Positions 13,987-27,419 of a DNA stretch of 64,000 nt are shown one piece after another. The translations under genes were made by a program, and so were the position numbers. Below the pieces are notes generated by a model that worked only from the letters and a program-made list of their open reading frames with translations, was not told the DNA's origin and did not search any database. The DNA is from Eledone cirrhosa (lineage: Eukaryota). Numbering within the stretch: the stretch's first letter is position 1; each line of letters opens with the position of its first letter. The stretch spans positions 930,001 to 994,000 of the forward strand of contig OZ024744.1 in NCBI GenBank assembly GCA_964016885.1, in the 5' to 3' direction.

Positions 13987-16200
13987 TTGGTGAAGAACGA
14001 AATTTTGAGGGAAGACAAGGTAGAGAAAGATAGCTTGGTGAAGAACGAAGTTTTGGGGGAAGACAAGGTAGAGAAAGATAGCTTGGTGAAGAACGAAGTT
14101 TTGAGGGAAGACAAGGTAGAGAAAGATAGCTTGGTGAAGAACGAAGTTATGAGGGAAGATAAGGTAGAGAAAGATAGTTGGTGAAGAACGAAGTTTTGAG
14201 GGAAGACAAGGTAGAGAAAGATAGCTTGGTGAAGAACGAAGTTTTGAGGGAAGACAAGGTAGAGAAAGATAGCTTGGTGAAGAACGAGGTTTTGAGGGAA
14301 GACAAGGTAGAGAAAGATAGCTTGGTGAAGAACGAAGTTTTGGGGGAAGACAAGTTAGAGAAAGATAGCTTGGTGAAGAACGAGGTTTTGAGGGAAGACA
14401 AGGTAGAGAAAGATAGCCTGGTGAAGAACGAAGTTTTGGGGGATGACAAAGTAGAGAAAGATAGCTTGGTGAAGAACGAAGTTTTGGGGGAAGACAAGGT
14501 AGAGAAAGATAGCTTGATGAAGAACGAAGTTTTGGGGGAAGACAAGGTAGAGAAAGATAGCTTGGTGAAGAACGAAGTTTTGAGGGAAGACAAGGTAGAG
14601 AAAGATATCTTGGTGAAGAACGAAGTTTTGGGGGAAGACAAGGTAGAGAAAGATAGCTTGGTGAAGAACGAAGTTTTGCGGGAAGACAAGGTAGAGAAAT
14701 ATAGCTCGGTGAAGAACGAAGTTTTGAGGGAAGGCAAGGTAGAGAAAGATAGCTTGGTGAAGAACGAAGTTTTGAGGGAAGACAAGGTAGAGAAAGATAG
14801 CTTGATGAAGAACGAAGTTTTGAGGGAAGACAAGGTAGAGAAAGATAGCTTGATGAAGTACAAAGTTTTGGGGGAAGACAAGGTAGAGAAAGATAGCTTG
14901 GTGAAGAACGAAGTTTTGAGGGAAGACAAGGTAGAGAAAGATAGCTTGATGAAGAACGAAGTTTTGAGGGAAGACAAGGTAGAGAAAGATAGCTTGGTGA
15001 AGAACGAAGTTTTGAGGGAAGACAAAGTATAGAAAGATAGCTTGGTGAAGAACGAAGTTTTGGGGGAAGACAATGTAGAGAAAGATAGCTTGATGAAGTA
15101 CGAAGTTTTGGGGGAAGACAAGGTAGAGAAACATAGTTGGTGAAGAACGAAATTTTGAGGGAAGACAAGGTAGAGAAAGATAGCTTGGTGAAGAACGAAG
15201 TTTTGGGGGAAGACAAGGTAGAGAAAGATAGCTTGGTGAAGAACGAAGTTTTGAGGGAAGACAAGGTAGAGAAAGATAGCTTGGTGAAGAATGAAGTTAT
15301 GAGGGAAGATAAGGTAGAGAAAGATAGTTGGTGAAGAACGAAGTTTTGAGGGAAGACAAGGTAGAGAAAGATAGCTTGGTGAAGAACGAAGTTTTGAGGG
15401 AAGACAAGGTAGAGAAAGATAGCTTGGTGAAGAACGAGGTTTTGAGGGAAGACAAGGTAGAGAAAGATAGCTTGGTGAAGAACGAAGTTTTGGGGGAAGA
15501 CAAGGTAGAGAAAGATAGCTTGGTGAAGAACGAGGTTTTGAGGGAAGACAAGGTAGAGAAAGATAGCCTGGTGAAGAACGAAGTTTTGGGGGATGACAAA
15601 GTAGAGAAAGATAGCTTGGTGAAGAACGAAGTTTTGGGGGAAGACAAGGTAGAGAAAGATAGCTTGATGAAGAACGAAGTTTTGGGGGAAGACAAGGTAG
15701 AGAAAGATAGCTTGGTGAAGAACGAAGTTTTGAGGGAAGACAAGGTAGAGAAAGATAGCTTGGTGAAGAACGAAGTTTTGGGGGAAGACAAGGTAGAGAA
15801 AGATAGCTTGGTGAAGAACGAAGTTTTGCGGGAAGACAAGGTAGAGAAATATAGCTCGGTGAAGAACGAAGTTTTGAGGGAAGACAAGGTAGAGAAAGAT
15901 AGCTTGGTGAAGAACGAAGTTTTGAAGGAAGACAAGGTAGAGAAAGATAGCTTGATGAAGAACGAAGTTTTGAGGGAAGACAAGGTAGAGAAAGATAGCT
16001 TGATGAAGTACAAAGTTTTGGGGGAAGACAAGGTAGAGAAAGATAGCTTGGTGAAGAACGAAGTTTTGAGGGAAGACAAGGTAGAGAAATATAGCTTGAT
16101 GAAGAACGAAGTTTTGAGGGAAGACAAGGTAGAGAAAGATAGCTTGGTGAAGAACGAAGTTTTGAGGGAAGACAAAGTATAGAAAGATAGCTTGGTGAAG
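13987..16200 (+). repeat. Tandem duplication, period 1150 bp (24 monomers)
   Basis: ORFs at 13987/15137 and 14178/15328 have matching lengths (65 and 284 aa) and the same markers (TTATG..GATAAG, CCTG..GATGACAAA). Confidence 0.85.
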
Positions 16201-18099
16201 AACGAAGTTTTGGGGGAAGACAAGGTAGAGAAAGATAGCTTGATGAAGTACGAAGTTTTGGGGGAAGACAAGGTAGAGAAAGATAGCTTGGTGAAGAACG
16301 ACGTTTTGTGGGAAGACAAGGTAGAGAAACATAGTTGGTGAAGAACGAAATTTTGAGGGAAGACAAGGTAGAGAAAGATAGCTTGGTGAAGAACGAAGTT
16401 TTGAGGGAAGACAAGGTAGAGAAAGATAGCTTGATGAAGAACGAAGTTTTGAGGGAAGACAAGGTAGAGAAAGATAGCTTGGTGAAGAACGAAGTTTTGG
16501 GGGAAGACAAGGTAGAGAAATATAGCTCGGTGAAGAACGAAGTTTTGAGGGAAGACAAGGTAGAGAAAGATAGCTTGGTGAAGGACGAAGTTTTGGGGGA
16601 AGACAAGGTAGAGAAAGATAGCTTGGTGAAGAACGAAGTTTTGAGGGAAGACAAGGTAGAGAAAGATAGCTTGATGAAGAACGAAGTTTTGAGGAAAGAC
16701 AAGGTAGAGAAAGATAGCTTGGTGAAGAACGAAGTTTTGGGGGAAGACAAGGTAGAGAAAGATAGCTTGATGAAGTACGAAGTTTTGGGGGAAGACAAGG
16801 AAGAGAAAGATAGCTTGGTGAAGAACGAAGTTTTAGGGAAGACAAGGTAGAGAAAGATAGCTTGGTGAAGAACGAAGTTTTGGGGGAAGACAAGGTAGAG
16901 AAAGATAGCTTGGTGAAGAACGAAGTTTTGCGGGAAGACAAGGTAGAGAAATATAGCTTGGTGAAGAACGAAGTTTTGAGGGAAGACAAGGTAGAGAAAG
17001 ATAGTTGGTGAAGAACGAAATTTTGAGGGAAGACAAGGTAGAGAAAGATAGCTTGATGAAGAACAAAGTTTTGAGGGAAGACAAGGTAGAGAAAGATAGC
17101 TTGATGAAGTACGAAGTTTTGGGGGAAGACAAGGAAGAGAAAGATAGCTTGGTGAAGAACGAAGTTTTGAGGGAAGACAAGGTAGAGAAAGATAGCTTGA
17201 TGAAGAACGAAGTTTTGAGGGAAGACAAGGTAGAGAAAGATAGCTTGGTGAAGAACGAAGTTTTGAGGGAAGACAAGGTAGAGAAAGATAGCTTGGTGAA
17301 GAACGAAGTTTTGGGGGAAGACAAGGTAGAGAAAGATAGCTTGGTGAAGAACGAAGTTTTGAGGGAAGACAAGGTAGAGAAAGATAGCTTGGTGAAGAAC
17401 GAAGTTTTGGGGGAAGACAAGGTAGAGAAAGATAGCTTGGTGAAGCACGAAGTTTTGAGGGAAGACAAGGTAGAGAAAGATAGTTGGTGAAGAACGAAAT
17501 TTTGAGGGAAGAAAAGGTAGAGAAAGATAGCTTGGTGAAGAACGACGTTTTGAGGGAAGACAATGTAGAGAAAGATAGCTTGGTGAAGAACGACGTTTTG
17601 AGGGAAGACAAGGTAGAGAAAGATAGCTTGGTGAAGAACGAAGTTTTGGGGGAAGACAAGGTAGAGAAAGATAGCTTGATGAAGTACGAAGTTTTGGGGG
17701 AAGACAAGGTAGAGAAAGATAGCTTGGTGAAGAACGACGTTTTGTGGGAAGACAAGGTAGAGAAACATAGTTGGTGAAGAACGAAATTTTGAGGGAAGAC
17801 AAGGTAGAGAAAGATAGCTTGGTGAAGAACGAAGTTTTGAGGGAAGGCTAGGTAGAGAAAGATAGCTTGATGAAGAACGAAGTTTTGGGGGAAGACAAGG
17901 TAGAGAAAGATAGCTTGGTGAAGAACGAAGTTTTGGGGGAAGACAAGGTAGAGAAATATAGCTCGGTGAAGAACGAAGTTTTGAGGGAAGACAAGGTAGA
18001 GAAAGATAGCTTGGTGAAGAACGAAGTTTTGGGGGAAGACAAGGTAGAGAAAGATAGCTTGGTGAAAAACGAAGTTTTGAGGGAAGACTAGGTAGAGAA

Positions 18100-21000
18100 A
18101 GATAGCTTGATGAAGAACGAAGTTTTGAGGGAAGACAAGGTAGAGAAAGATAGCTTGGTGAAGAACGAAGTTTTGGGGGAAGACAAGGTAGAGAAAGATA
18201 GCTTGGTGAAGAACGAAGTTTTGAGGGAAGACAAGGTAGAGAAAGATAGCTTGGTGAAGAACGAAGTTATGAGGGAAGATAAGGTAGAGAAAGATAGTTG
18301 GTGAAGAACGAAGTTTTGAGGGAAGACAAGGTAGAGAAAGATAGCTTGGTGAAGAACGAAGTTTTGAGGGAAGACAAGGTAGAGAAAGATAGCTTGGTGA
18401 AGAACGAGGTTTTGAGGGAAGACAAGGTAGAGAAAGATAGCTTGGTGAAGAACGAAGTTTTGGGGGAAGACAAGGTAGAGAAAGATAGCTTGGTGAAGAA
18501 CGAAGTTTTGAGGGAAGACAAGGTAGAGAAAGATAGCCTGGTGAAGAACGAAGTTTTGGGGGATGACAAAGTAGAGAAAGATAGCTTGGTGAAGAACGAA
18601 GTTTTGGGGGAAGACAAGGTAGAGAAAGATAGCTTGATGAAGAACGAAGTTTTGGGGGAAGACAAGGTAGAGAAAGATAGCTTGGTGAAGAACGAAGTTT
18701 TGAGGGAAGACAAGGTAGAGAAAGATAGCTTGGTGAAGAACGAAGTTTTGGGGGAAGACAAGGTAGAGAAAGATAGCTTGGTGAAGAACGAAGTTTTGAG
18801 GGAAGACAAGGTAGAGAAAGATAGCTTGGTGAAGAACGAAGTTTTGGGGGACGACAAGGTAGAGAAAGATAGCTTGATGAAGTACGAAGTTTTGGGGGAA
18901 GACAAGGTAGAGAAAGATAGCTTGGTGAAGAACGAAGTTTTGAGGGAAGACAAGGTAGAGAAAGATAGCTTGATGAAGAACGAAGTTTTGAGGGAAGACA
19001 AGGTAGAGAAAGATAGCTTGGTGAAGAACGAAGTTGTGAGTGAGGACAAAGTATAGAAAGATAGCTTGGTGAAGAACGAAGTTTTGGGTGAAGACAATGT
19101 AGAGAAAGATAGCTTGATGAAGAACGAAGTTTTGGGGGAAGACAAGGTAGAGAAAGATAGCTTGGTGAAGAACGAAGTTTTGAGGGAAGACAAGGTAGAG
19201 AAAGATAGCTTGGTGAGGAACGAAGTTTTGGGGGAAGACAAGGTAGAGAAAGATAGCTTGGTGAAGAACGAAGTTTTGAGGGAAGACAAGGTAGAGAAAG
19301 ATAGCTTGGTGAAGAACGAAGTTTTGGGGGAAGACAAGGTAGAGAAAGATAGCTTGGTGAAGAACGAAGTTTTGAGGGAAGACTAGGTAGAGAAAGATAG
19401 CTTGATGAAGAACGAAGTTTTGGGGGAAGACAAGGTAGAGAAAGATAGCTTGGTGAAGAACGAAGTTTTGAGGGAAGACAAGGTAGAGAAAGATAGCTTG
19501 GTGAAGAACGAAGTTATGAGGGAAGATAAGGTAGAGAAAGATAGTTGGTGAAGAACGAAGTTTTGAGGGAAGACAAGGTAGAGAAAGATAGCTTGGTGAA
19601 GAACGAAGTTTTGAGGGAAGACAAGGTAGAGAAAGATAGCTTGGTGAAGAACGAGGTTTTGAGGGAAGACAAGGTAGAGAAAGATAGCTTGGTGAAGAAC
19701 GAAGTTTTGGGGGAAGACAAGGTAGAGAAAGATAGCTTGGTGAAGAACGAAGTTTTGAGGGAAGACAAGGTAGAGAAAGATAGCCTGGTGAAGAACGAAG
19801 TTTTGGGGGATGACAAAGTAGAGAAAGATAGCTTGGTGAAGAACGAAGTTTTGGGGGAAGACAAGGTAGAGAAAGATAGCTTGATGAAGAACGAAGTTTT
19901 GGGGGAAGACAAGGTAGAGAAAGATAGCTTGGTGAAGAACGAAGTTTTGAGGGAAGACAAGGTAGAGAAAGATAGCTTGGTGAAGAACGAAGTTTTGGGG
20001 GAAGACAAGGTAGAGAAAGATAGCTTGGTGAAGAACGAAGTTTTGAGGGAAGACAAGGTAGAGAAAGATAGCTTGGTGAAGAACGAAGTTTTGGGGGACG
20101 ACAAGGTAGAGAAAGATAGCTTGATGAAGTACGAAGTTTTGGGGGAAGACAAGGTAGAGAAAGATAGCTTGGTGAAGAACGAAGTTTTGAGGGAAGACAA
20201 GGTAGAGAAAGATAGCTTGATGAAGAACGAAGTTTTGAGGGAAGACAAGGTAGAGAAAGATAGCTTGGTGAAGAACGAAGTTTTGAGGGAGGACAAAGTA
20301 TAGAAAGATAGCTTGGTGAAGAACGAAGTTTTGGGTGAAGACAATGTAGAGAAAGATAGCTTGATGAAGAACGAAGTTTTGGGGGAAGACAAGGTAGAGA
20401 AAGATAGCTTGGTGAAGAACGAAGTTTTGAGGGAAGACAAGGTAGAGAAAGATAGCTTGGTGAGGAACGAAGTTTTGGGGGAAGACAAGGTAGAGAAAGA
20501 TAGCTTGGTGAAGAACGAAGTTTTGAGGGAAGACAAGGTAGAGAAAGATAGCTTGGTGAAGAACGAAGTTTTGGGGGAAGACAAGGTAGAGAAAGATAGC
20601 TTGATGAAGTACGAAGTTTTGGGGGAAGACAAGGTAGAGAAAGATAGCTTGGTGAAGAACGACGTTTTGTGGGAAGACAAGGTAGAGAAACATAGTTGGT
20701 GAAGAACGAAGTTTTGAGGGAAGACAAGGTAGAGAAAGATAGCTTGATGAAGAACGAAGTTTTGAGGGAAGACAAGGTAGAGAAAGATAGCTTGGTGAAG
20801 AACGAAGTTTTGAGGGAAGACAAGGTAGAGAAAGATAGCTTGATGAAGAACGAAATTTTGAGGGAAGACAAGGTAGAGAAAGATAGCTTGATGAAGTACG
20901 AAGTTTTGGGGGAAGACAAGGTAGAGGAAGATAGCTTGGTGAAGAACGAAGTTTTGAGGGAAGACAAGGTAGAGAAAGATAGCTTGATGAAGAACGAAGT

Positions 21001-24000
21001 TTTGAGGGAAGACAAGGTAGAGAAAGATAGCTTGGTGAAGAACGAAGTTTTGAGGGAGGAAAAAATATAGAAAGATAGCTTGGTGAAGAACGAAGTTTTG
21101 GGTGAAGACAATGTAGAGAAAGATAGCTTGATGAAGAACGAAGTTTTGGGGGAAGACAAGGTAGAGAAAGATAGCTTGGTGAAGAACGAGGTTTTGAGGG
21201 AAGACAAGGTAGAGAAAGATAGCTTGGTGAAGAACGAAGTTTTGGGGGAAGACAAGGTAGAGAAAGATAGCTTGGTGAAGAACGAAGTTTTGAGGGAAGA
21301 CAAGGTAGAGAAAGATAGTTGGTGAAGAACGAAGTTTTGAGGGAAGACAAGGTAGAGAAAGATAGCTTGGTGAAGAACGAAGTTTTGAGGGAAGACAAGG
21401 TAGAGAAAGATAGCTTGGTGAAGAACGACGTTTTGAGGGAAGACAAGGTAGAGAAAGATAGCTTGATGAAGAACGAAGTTTTGAGGGAAGACAAGGTAGA
21501 GAAAGATCGCTTGGTGAAGAACGAAGTTTTGAGGGAAGACAAAGTATAGAAAGATAGCTTGGTGAAGAACGAAGTTTTGGGGGAAGACAATGTAGAGAAA
21601 GATAGCTTGATGAAGAACGAAGTTTTGGGGGAAGACAAGGTAGAGAAAGATAGCTTGGTGAAGAACGAAGTTTTGAGGGAAGACAAGGTAGAGAAAGATA
21701 GCTTGGTGAAGAACGAAGTTTTGGGGGAAGACAAGGTAGAGAAAGATAGCTTGGTGAAGAACGAAGTTTTGAGGGAAGACAAGGTAGAGAAAGATAGTTG
21801 GTGAAGAACGAAATTTTGAGCGAAGACAAGGTAGAGAAAGATAGCTTGGTGAAGAACGACGTTTTGAGGGAAGACAAGGTAGAGAAAGATAGCTTGGTGA
21901 AGAACGACGTTTTGAGGGAAGACAAGGTAGAGAAAGATAGCTTGGTGAAGAACGAAGTTTTGGGGGAAGACAAGGTAGAGAAAGATAGCTTGATGAAGTA
22001 CGAAGTTTTGGGGGAAGACAAGGTAGAGAAAGATAGCTTGGTGAAGAACGACGTTTTGTGGGAAGACAAGGTAGAGAAACATAGTTGGTGAAGAACGAAA
22101 TTTTGAGGGAAGACAAGGTAGAGAAAGATAGCTTGGTGAAGAACGAAGTTTTGAGGGAAGACAAGGTAGAGAAAGATAGCTTGATGAAGAACGAAGTTTT
22201 GAGGGAAGACAAGGTAGAGAAAGATAGCTTGATGAAGAACGAAGTTTTGAGGGAAGACAAGGTAGAGAAAGATAGCTTGGTGAAGAACGAAGTTTTGGGG
22301 GAAGACAAGGTAGAGAAAGATAGCTTGGTGAAGAACGAAGTTTTGAGGGAAGACAAGGTAGAGAAAGATAGCTTGGTGAAGAACGAAGTTATGAGGGAAG
22401 ATAAGGTAGAGAAAGATCGTTGGTGAAGAACGAAGTTTTGAGGGAAGACAAGGTAGAGAAAGATAGCTTGGTGAAGAACGAAGTTTTGAGGGAAGACAAG
22501 GTAGAGAAAGATAGCTTGGTGAAGAACGAGGTTTTGAGGGAAGACAAGGTAGAGAAAGATAGCTTGGTGAAGAACGAAGTTTTGGGGGAAGACAAGGTAG
22601 AGAAAGATAGCTTGGTGAAGAACGAAGTTTTGAGGGAAGACAAGGTAGAGAAAGATAGCCTGGTGAAGAACGAAGTTTTGGGGGATGACAAAGTAGAGAA
22701 AGATAGCTTGGTGAAGAACGAAGTTTTGGGGGAAGACAAGGTAGAGAAAGATAGCTTGATGAAGAACGAAGTTTTGGGGGAAGACAAGGTAGAGAAAGAT
22801 AGCTTGGTGAAGAACGAAGTTTTGAGCGAAGACAAGGTAGGGAAAGATAGCTTGGTGAAGAACGAAGTTTTGGGGGAAGACAAGGTAGAGAAAGATAGCT
22901 TGGTGAAGAACGAAGTTTTGAGGGAAGACAAGGTAGAGAAAGATAGCTTGGTGAAGAACGAAGTTTTGGGGGACGACAAGGTAGAGAAAGATAGCTTGAT
23001 GAAGTACGAAGTTTTGGGGGAAGACAAGGTAGAGAAAGATAGCTTGGTGAAGAACGAAGTTTTGAGGGAAGACAAGGTAGAGAAAGATAGCTTGATGAAG
23101 AACGAAGTTTTGAGGGAAGACAAGGTAGAGAAAGATAGCTTGGTGAAGAACGAAGTTTTGAGGGAGGACAAAGTATAGAAAGATAGCTTGGTGAAGAACG
23201 AAGTTTTGGGTGAAGACAATGTAGAGAAAGATAGCTTGATGAAGAACGAAGTTTTGGAGGAAGACAAGGTAGGGAAAGATAGCTTGGTGAAGAACGAAGT
23301 TTTGAGGGAAGACAAGGTAGAGAAAGATAGCTTGGTGAGGAACGAAGTTTTGGGGGAAGACAAGGTAGAGAAAGATAGCTTGGTGAAGAACGTAGTTTTG
23401 AGGGAAGACAAGGTAGAGAAAGATAGCTTGGTGAAGAACGAAGTTTTGGGGGAAGACAAGGTAGAGAAAGATAGCTTGGTGAAGAACGAAGTTTTGAGGG
23501 AAGACTAGGTAGAGAAAGATAGCTTGATGAAGAACGAAGTTTTGGGGGAAGACAAGGTAGAGAAAGATAGCTTGGTGAAGAACGAAGTTTTGAGGGAAGA
23601 CAAGGTAGAGAAAGATAGCTTGGTGAAGAACGAAGTTATGAGGGAAGATTAGGTAGAGAAAGATAGTTGGTGAAGAACGAAGTTTTGAGGGAAGACAAGG
23701 TAGAGAAAGATAGCTTGGTGAAGAACGAAGTTTTGAGGGAAGACAAGGTAGAGAAAGATAGCTTGGTGAAGAACGAGGTTTTGAGGGAAGACAAGGTAGA
23801 GAAAGATAGCTTGGTGAAGAACGAAGTTTTGGGGGAAGACAAGGTAGAGAAAGATAGCTTGGTGAAGAACGAAGTTTTGAGGGAAGACAAGGTAGAGAAA
23901 GATAGCCTGGTGAAGAACGAAGTTTTGGGGGATGACAAAGTAGAGAAAGATAGCTTGGTGAAGAACGAAGTTTTGGGGGAAGACAAGGTAGAGAAAGATA

Positions 24001-25500
24001 GCTTGATGAAGAACGAAGTTTTGAGGGAAGACAAGGTAGAGAAAGATAGCTTGGTGAAGAACGAAGTTTTGAGGGAAGACAAGGTAGAGAAAGATAGCTT
24101 GGTGAAGAACGAAGTTTTGGGGGAAGGCAAGGTAGAGAAAGATAGCTTGGTGAAGAACGAAGTTTTGAGGGAAGACAAGGTAGAGAAAGATAGCTTGGTG
24201 AAGAACGAAGTTTTGGGGGACGACAAGGTAGAGAAAGATAGCTTGATGAAGTACGAAGTTTTGGGGGAAGACAAGGTAGAGAAAGATAGCTTGGTGAAGA
24301 ACGAAGTTTTGAGGGAAGACAAGGTAGAGAAAGATAGCTTGATGAAGAACGAAGTTTTGAGGGAAGACAAGGTAGAGAAAGATAGCTTGGTGAAGAACGA
24401 AGTTTTGAGGGAGGACAAAGTATAGAAAGATAGCTTGGTGAAGAACGAAGTTTTGGGTGAAGACAATGTAGAGAAAGATAGCTTGATGAAGAACGAAGTT
24501 TTGGGGGAAGACAAGGTAGAGAAAGATAGCTTGGTGAAGAACGAAGTTTTGAGGGAAGACAAGGTAGAGAAAGATAGCTTGGTGAGGAACGAAGTTTTGG
24601 GGGAAGACAAGGTAGAGAAAGATAGCTTGGTGAAGAACGAAGTTTTGAGGGAAGACAAGGTAGAGAAAGATAGCTTGGTGAAGAACGAAGTTTTGGGGGA
24701 AGACAAGGTAGAGAAAGATAGCTTGATGAAGTACGAAGTTTTGGGGGAAGACAAGGTAGAGAAAGATAGCTTGGTGAAGAACGACGTTTTGTGGGAAGAC
24801 AAGGTAGAGAAACATAGTTGGTGAAGAACGAAGTTTTGAGGGAAGACAAGGTAGAGAAAGATAGCTTGATGAAGAACGAAGTTTTGAGGGAAGACAAGGT
24901 AGAGAAAGATAGCTTGGTGAAGAACGAAGTTTTGAGGGAAGACAAGGTAGAGAAAGATAGCTTGATGAAGAACGAAATTTTGAGGGAAGACAAGGTAGAG
25001 AAAGATAGCTTGATGAAGTACGAAGTTTTGGGGGAAGACAAGGTAGAGAAAGATAGCTTGGTGAAGAACGAAGTTTTGAGGGAAGACAAGGTAGAGAAAG
25101 ATAGCTTGATGAAGAACGAAGTTTTGAGGGAAGACAAGGTAGAGAAAGATAGCTTGGTGAAGAACGAAGTTTTGAGGGAGGAAAAAATATAGAAAGATAG
25201 CTTGGTGAAGAACGAAGTTTTGGGTGAAGACAATGTAGAGAAAGATAGCTTGATGAAGAACGAAGTTTTGGGGGAAGACAAGGTAGAGAAAGATAGCTTG
25301 GTGAAGAACGAGGTTTTGAGGGAAGACAAGGTAGAGAAAGATAGCTTGGTGAAGAACGAAGTTTTGGGGGAAGACAAGGTAGAGAAAGATAGCTTGGTGA
25401 AGAACGAAGTTTTGAGGGAAGACAAGGTAGAGAAAGATAGTTGGTGAAGAACGAAGTTTTGAGGGAAGACAAGGTAGAGAAAGATAGCTTGGTGAAGAAC
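18100..25500 (+). repeat. Tandem duplication, period 4122 bp (86 monomers), containing an internal 1247-bp duplication
   Basis: 18298/22420, 19066/23188, 19545/23667, 20313/24435, 20696/24818 and 21080/25202 are all offset by 4122. 18298/19545 and 22420/23667 are offset by 1247. Confidence 0.88.
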
Positions 25501-27240
25501 GACGTTTTGAGGGAAGACAAGGTAGAGAAAGATAGCTTGGTGAAGAACGACGTTTTGAGGGAAGACAAGGTAGAGAAAGATAGCTTGGTGAAGAACGAAG
25601 TTTTGGGGGAAGACAAGGTAGAGAAAGATAGCTTGGTGAAGAACGAAGTTTTGAGGGAAGACAAGGTAGAGAAAGATAGCCTGGTGAAGAACGAAGTTTT
25701 GGGGGATGACAAAGTAGAGAAAGATAGCTTGGTGAAGAACGAAGTTTTGGGGGAAGACAAGGTAGAGAAAGATAGCTTGATGAAGAACGAAGTTTTGGGG
25801 GAAGACAAGGTAGAGTAAGATAGCTTGGTGAAGAACGAAGTTTTGAGGGAAGACAAGGTAGAGAAAGATAGCTTGGTGAGGAACGAAGTTTTGGGGGAAG
25901 ACAAGGTAGAGAAAGATAGCTTGGTGAAGAACGAAGTTTTGAGGGAAGACAAGGTAGAGAAAGATAGCTTGGTGAAGAACGAAGTTTTGGGGGAAGACAA
26001 GGTAGAGAAAGATAGCTTGATGAAGTACGAAGTTTTGGGGGAAGACAAGGTAGAGAAAGATAGCTTGGTGAAGAACGACGTTTTGTGGGAAGACAAGGTA
26101 GAGAAACATAGTTGGTGAAGAACGAAGTTTTGAGGGAAGACAAGGTAGAGAAAGATAGCTTGATGAAGAACGAAGTTTTGAGGGAAGACAAGGTAGAGAA
26201 AGATAGCTTGGTGAAGAACGAAGTTTTGAGGGAAGACAAGGTAGAGAAAGATAGCTTGATGAAGAACGAAATTTTGAGGGAAGACAAGGTAGAGAAAGAT
26301 AGCTTGATGAAGTACGAAGTTTTGGGGGAAGACAAGGTAGAGAAAGATAGCTTGGTGAAGAACGAAGTTTTGAGGGAAGACAAGGTAGAGAAAGATAGCT
26401 TGATGAAGAACGAAGTTTTGAGGGAAGACAAGGTAGAGAAAGATAGCTTGGTGAAGAACGAAGTTTTGAGGGAGGAAAAAATATAGAAAGATAGCTTGGT
26501 GAAGAACGAAGTTTTGGGTGAAGACAATGTAGAGAAAGATAGCTTGATGAAGAACGAAGTTTTGGGGGAAGACAAGGTAGAGAAAGATAGCTTGGTGAAG
26601 AACGAGGTTTTGAGGGAAGACAAGGTAGAGAAAGATAGCTTGGTGAAGAACGAAGTTTTGGGGGAAGACAAGGTAGAGAAAGATAGCTTGGTGAAGAACG
26701 AAGTTTTGAGGGAAGACAAGGTAGAGAAAGATAGCTTGGTGAAGAACGAAGTTTTGGGGGAAGACAAGGTAGAGAAAGATAGCTTGGTGAAGAACGAAGT
26801 TTTGAGGGAAGACAAGGTAGAGAAAGATAGTTGGTGAAGAACGAAGTTTTGAGGGAAGACAAGGTAGAGAAAGATAGCTTGGTGAAGAACGACGTTTTGA
26901 GGGAAGACAAGGTAGAGAAAGATAGCTTGGTGAAGAACGACGTTTTGAGGGAAGACAAGGTAGAGAAAGATAGCTTGGTGAAGAACGAAGTTTTGGGGGA
27001 AGACAAGGTAGAGAAAGATAGCTTGGTGAAGAACGAAGTTTTGAGGGAAGACAAGGTAGAGAAAGATAGCCTGGTGAAGAACGAAGTTTTGGGGGATGAC
27101 AAAGTAGAGAAAGATAGCTTGGTGAAGAACGAAGTTTTGGGGGAAGACAAGGTAGAGAAAGATAGCTTGATGAAGAACGAAGTTTTGGGGGAAGACAAGG
27201 TAGAGTAAGATAGCTTGGTGAAGAACGAAGTTTTGAGGGA
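24580..27240 (+). repeat. Imperfect tandem duplication, period 1294-1390 bp
   Basis: 24818/26112 and 25202/26496 are offset by 1294. 25441/26831 is offset by 1390 (two extra monomers). The copies share the GAGGAAAAAATATAG and GAGTAAGAT markers. Confidence 0.78.
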
Positions 27241-27419
27241 AGACAGGGTAGAGAGTGATAGCTTGGTGAAGAACGTGGTTTTGGGGGAAGACAAGGTAGA
27301 GAAAGATAGCTTGGTGAAGAACGAAGTTTTGCGGGAAGACAAGGTAGAGAAATATAGCTCGGTGAAGAACGAGGTTTTGAGGGAAGACAAGGTAGAGAAA
27401 GATAGCTTGGTGAAGAACG

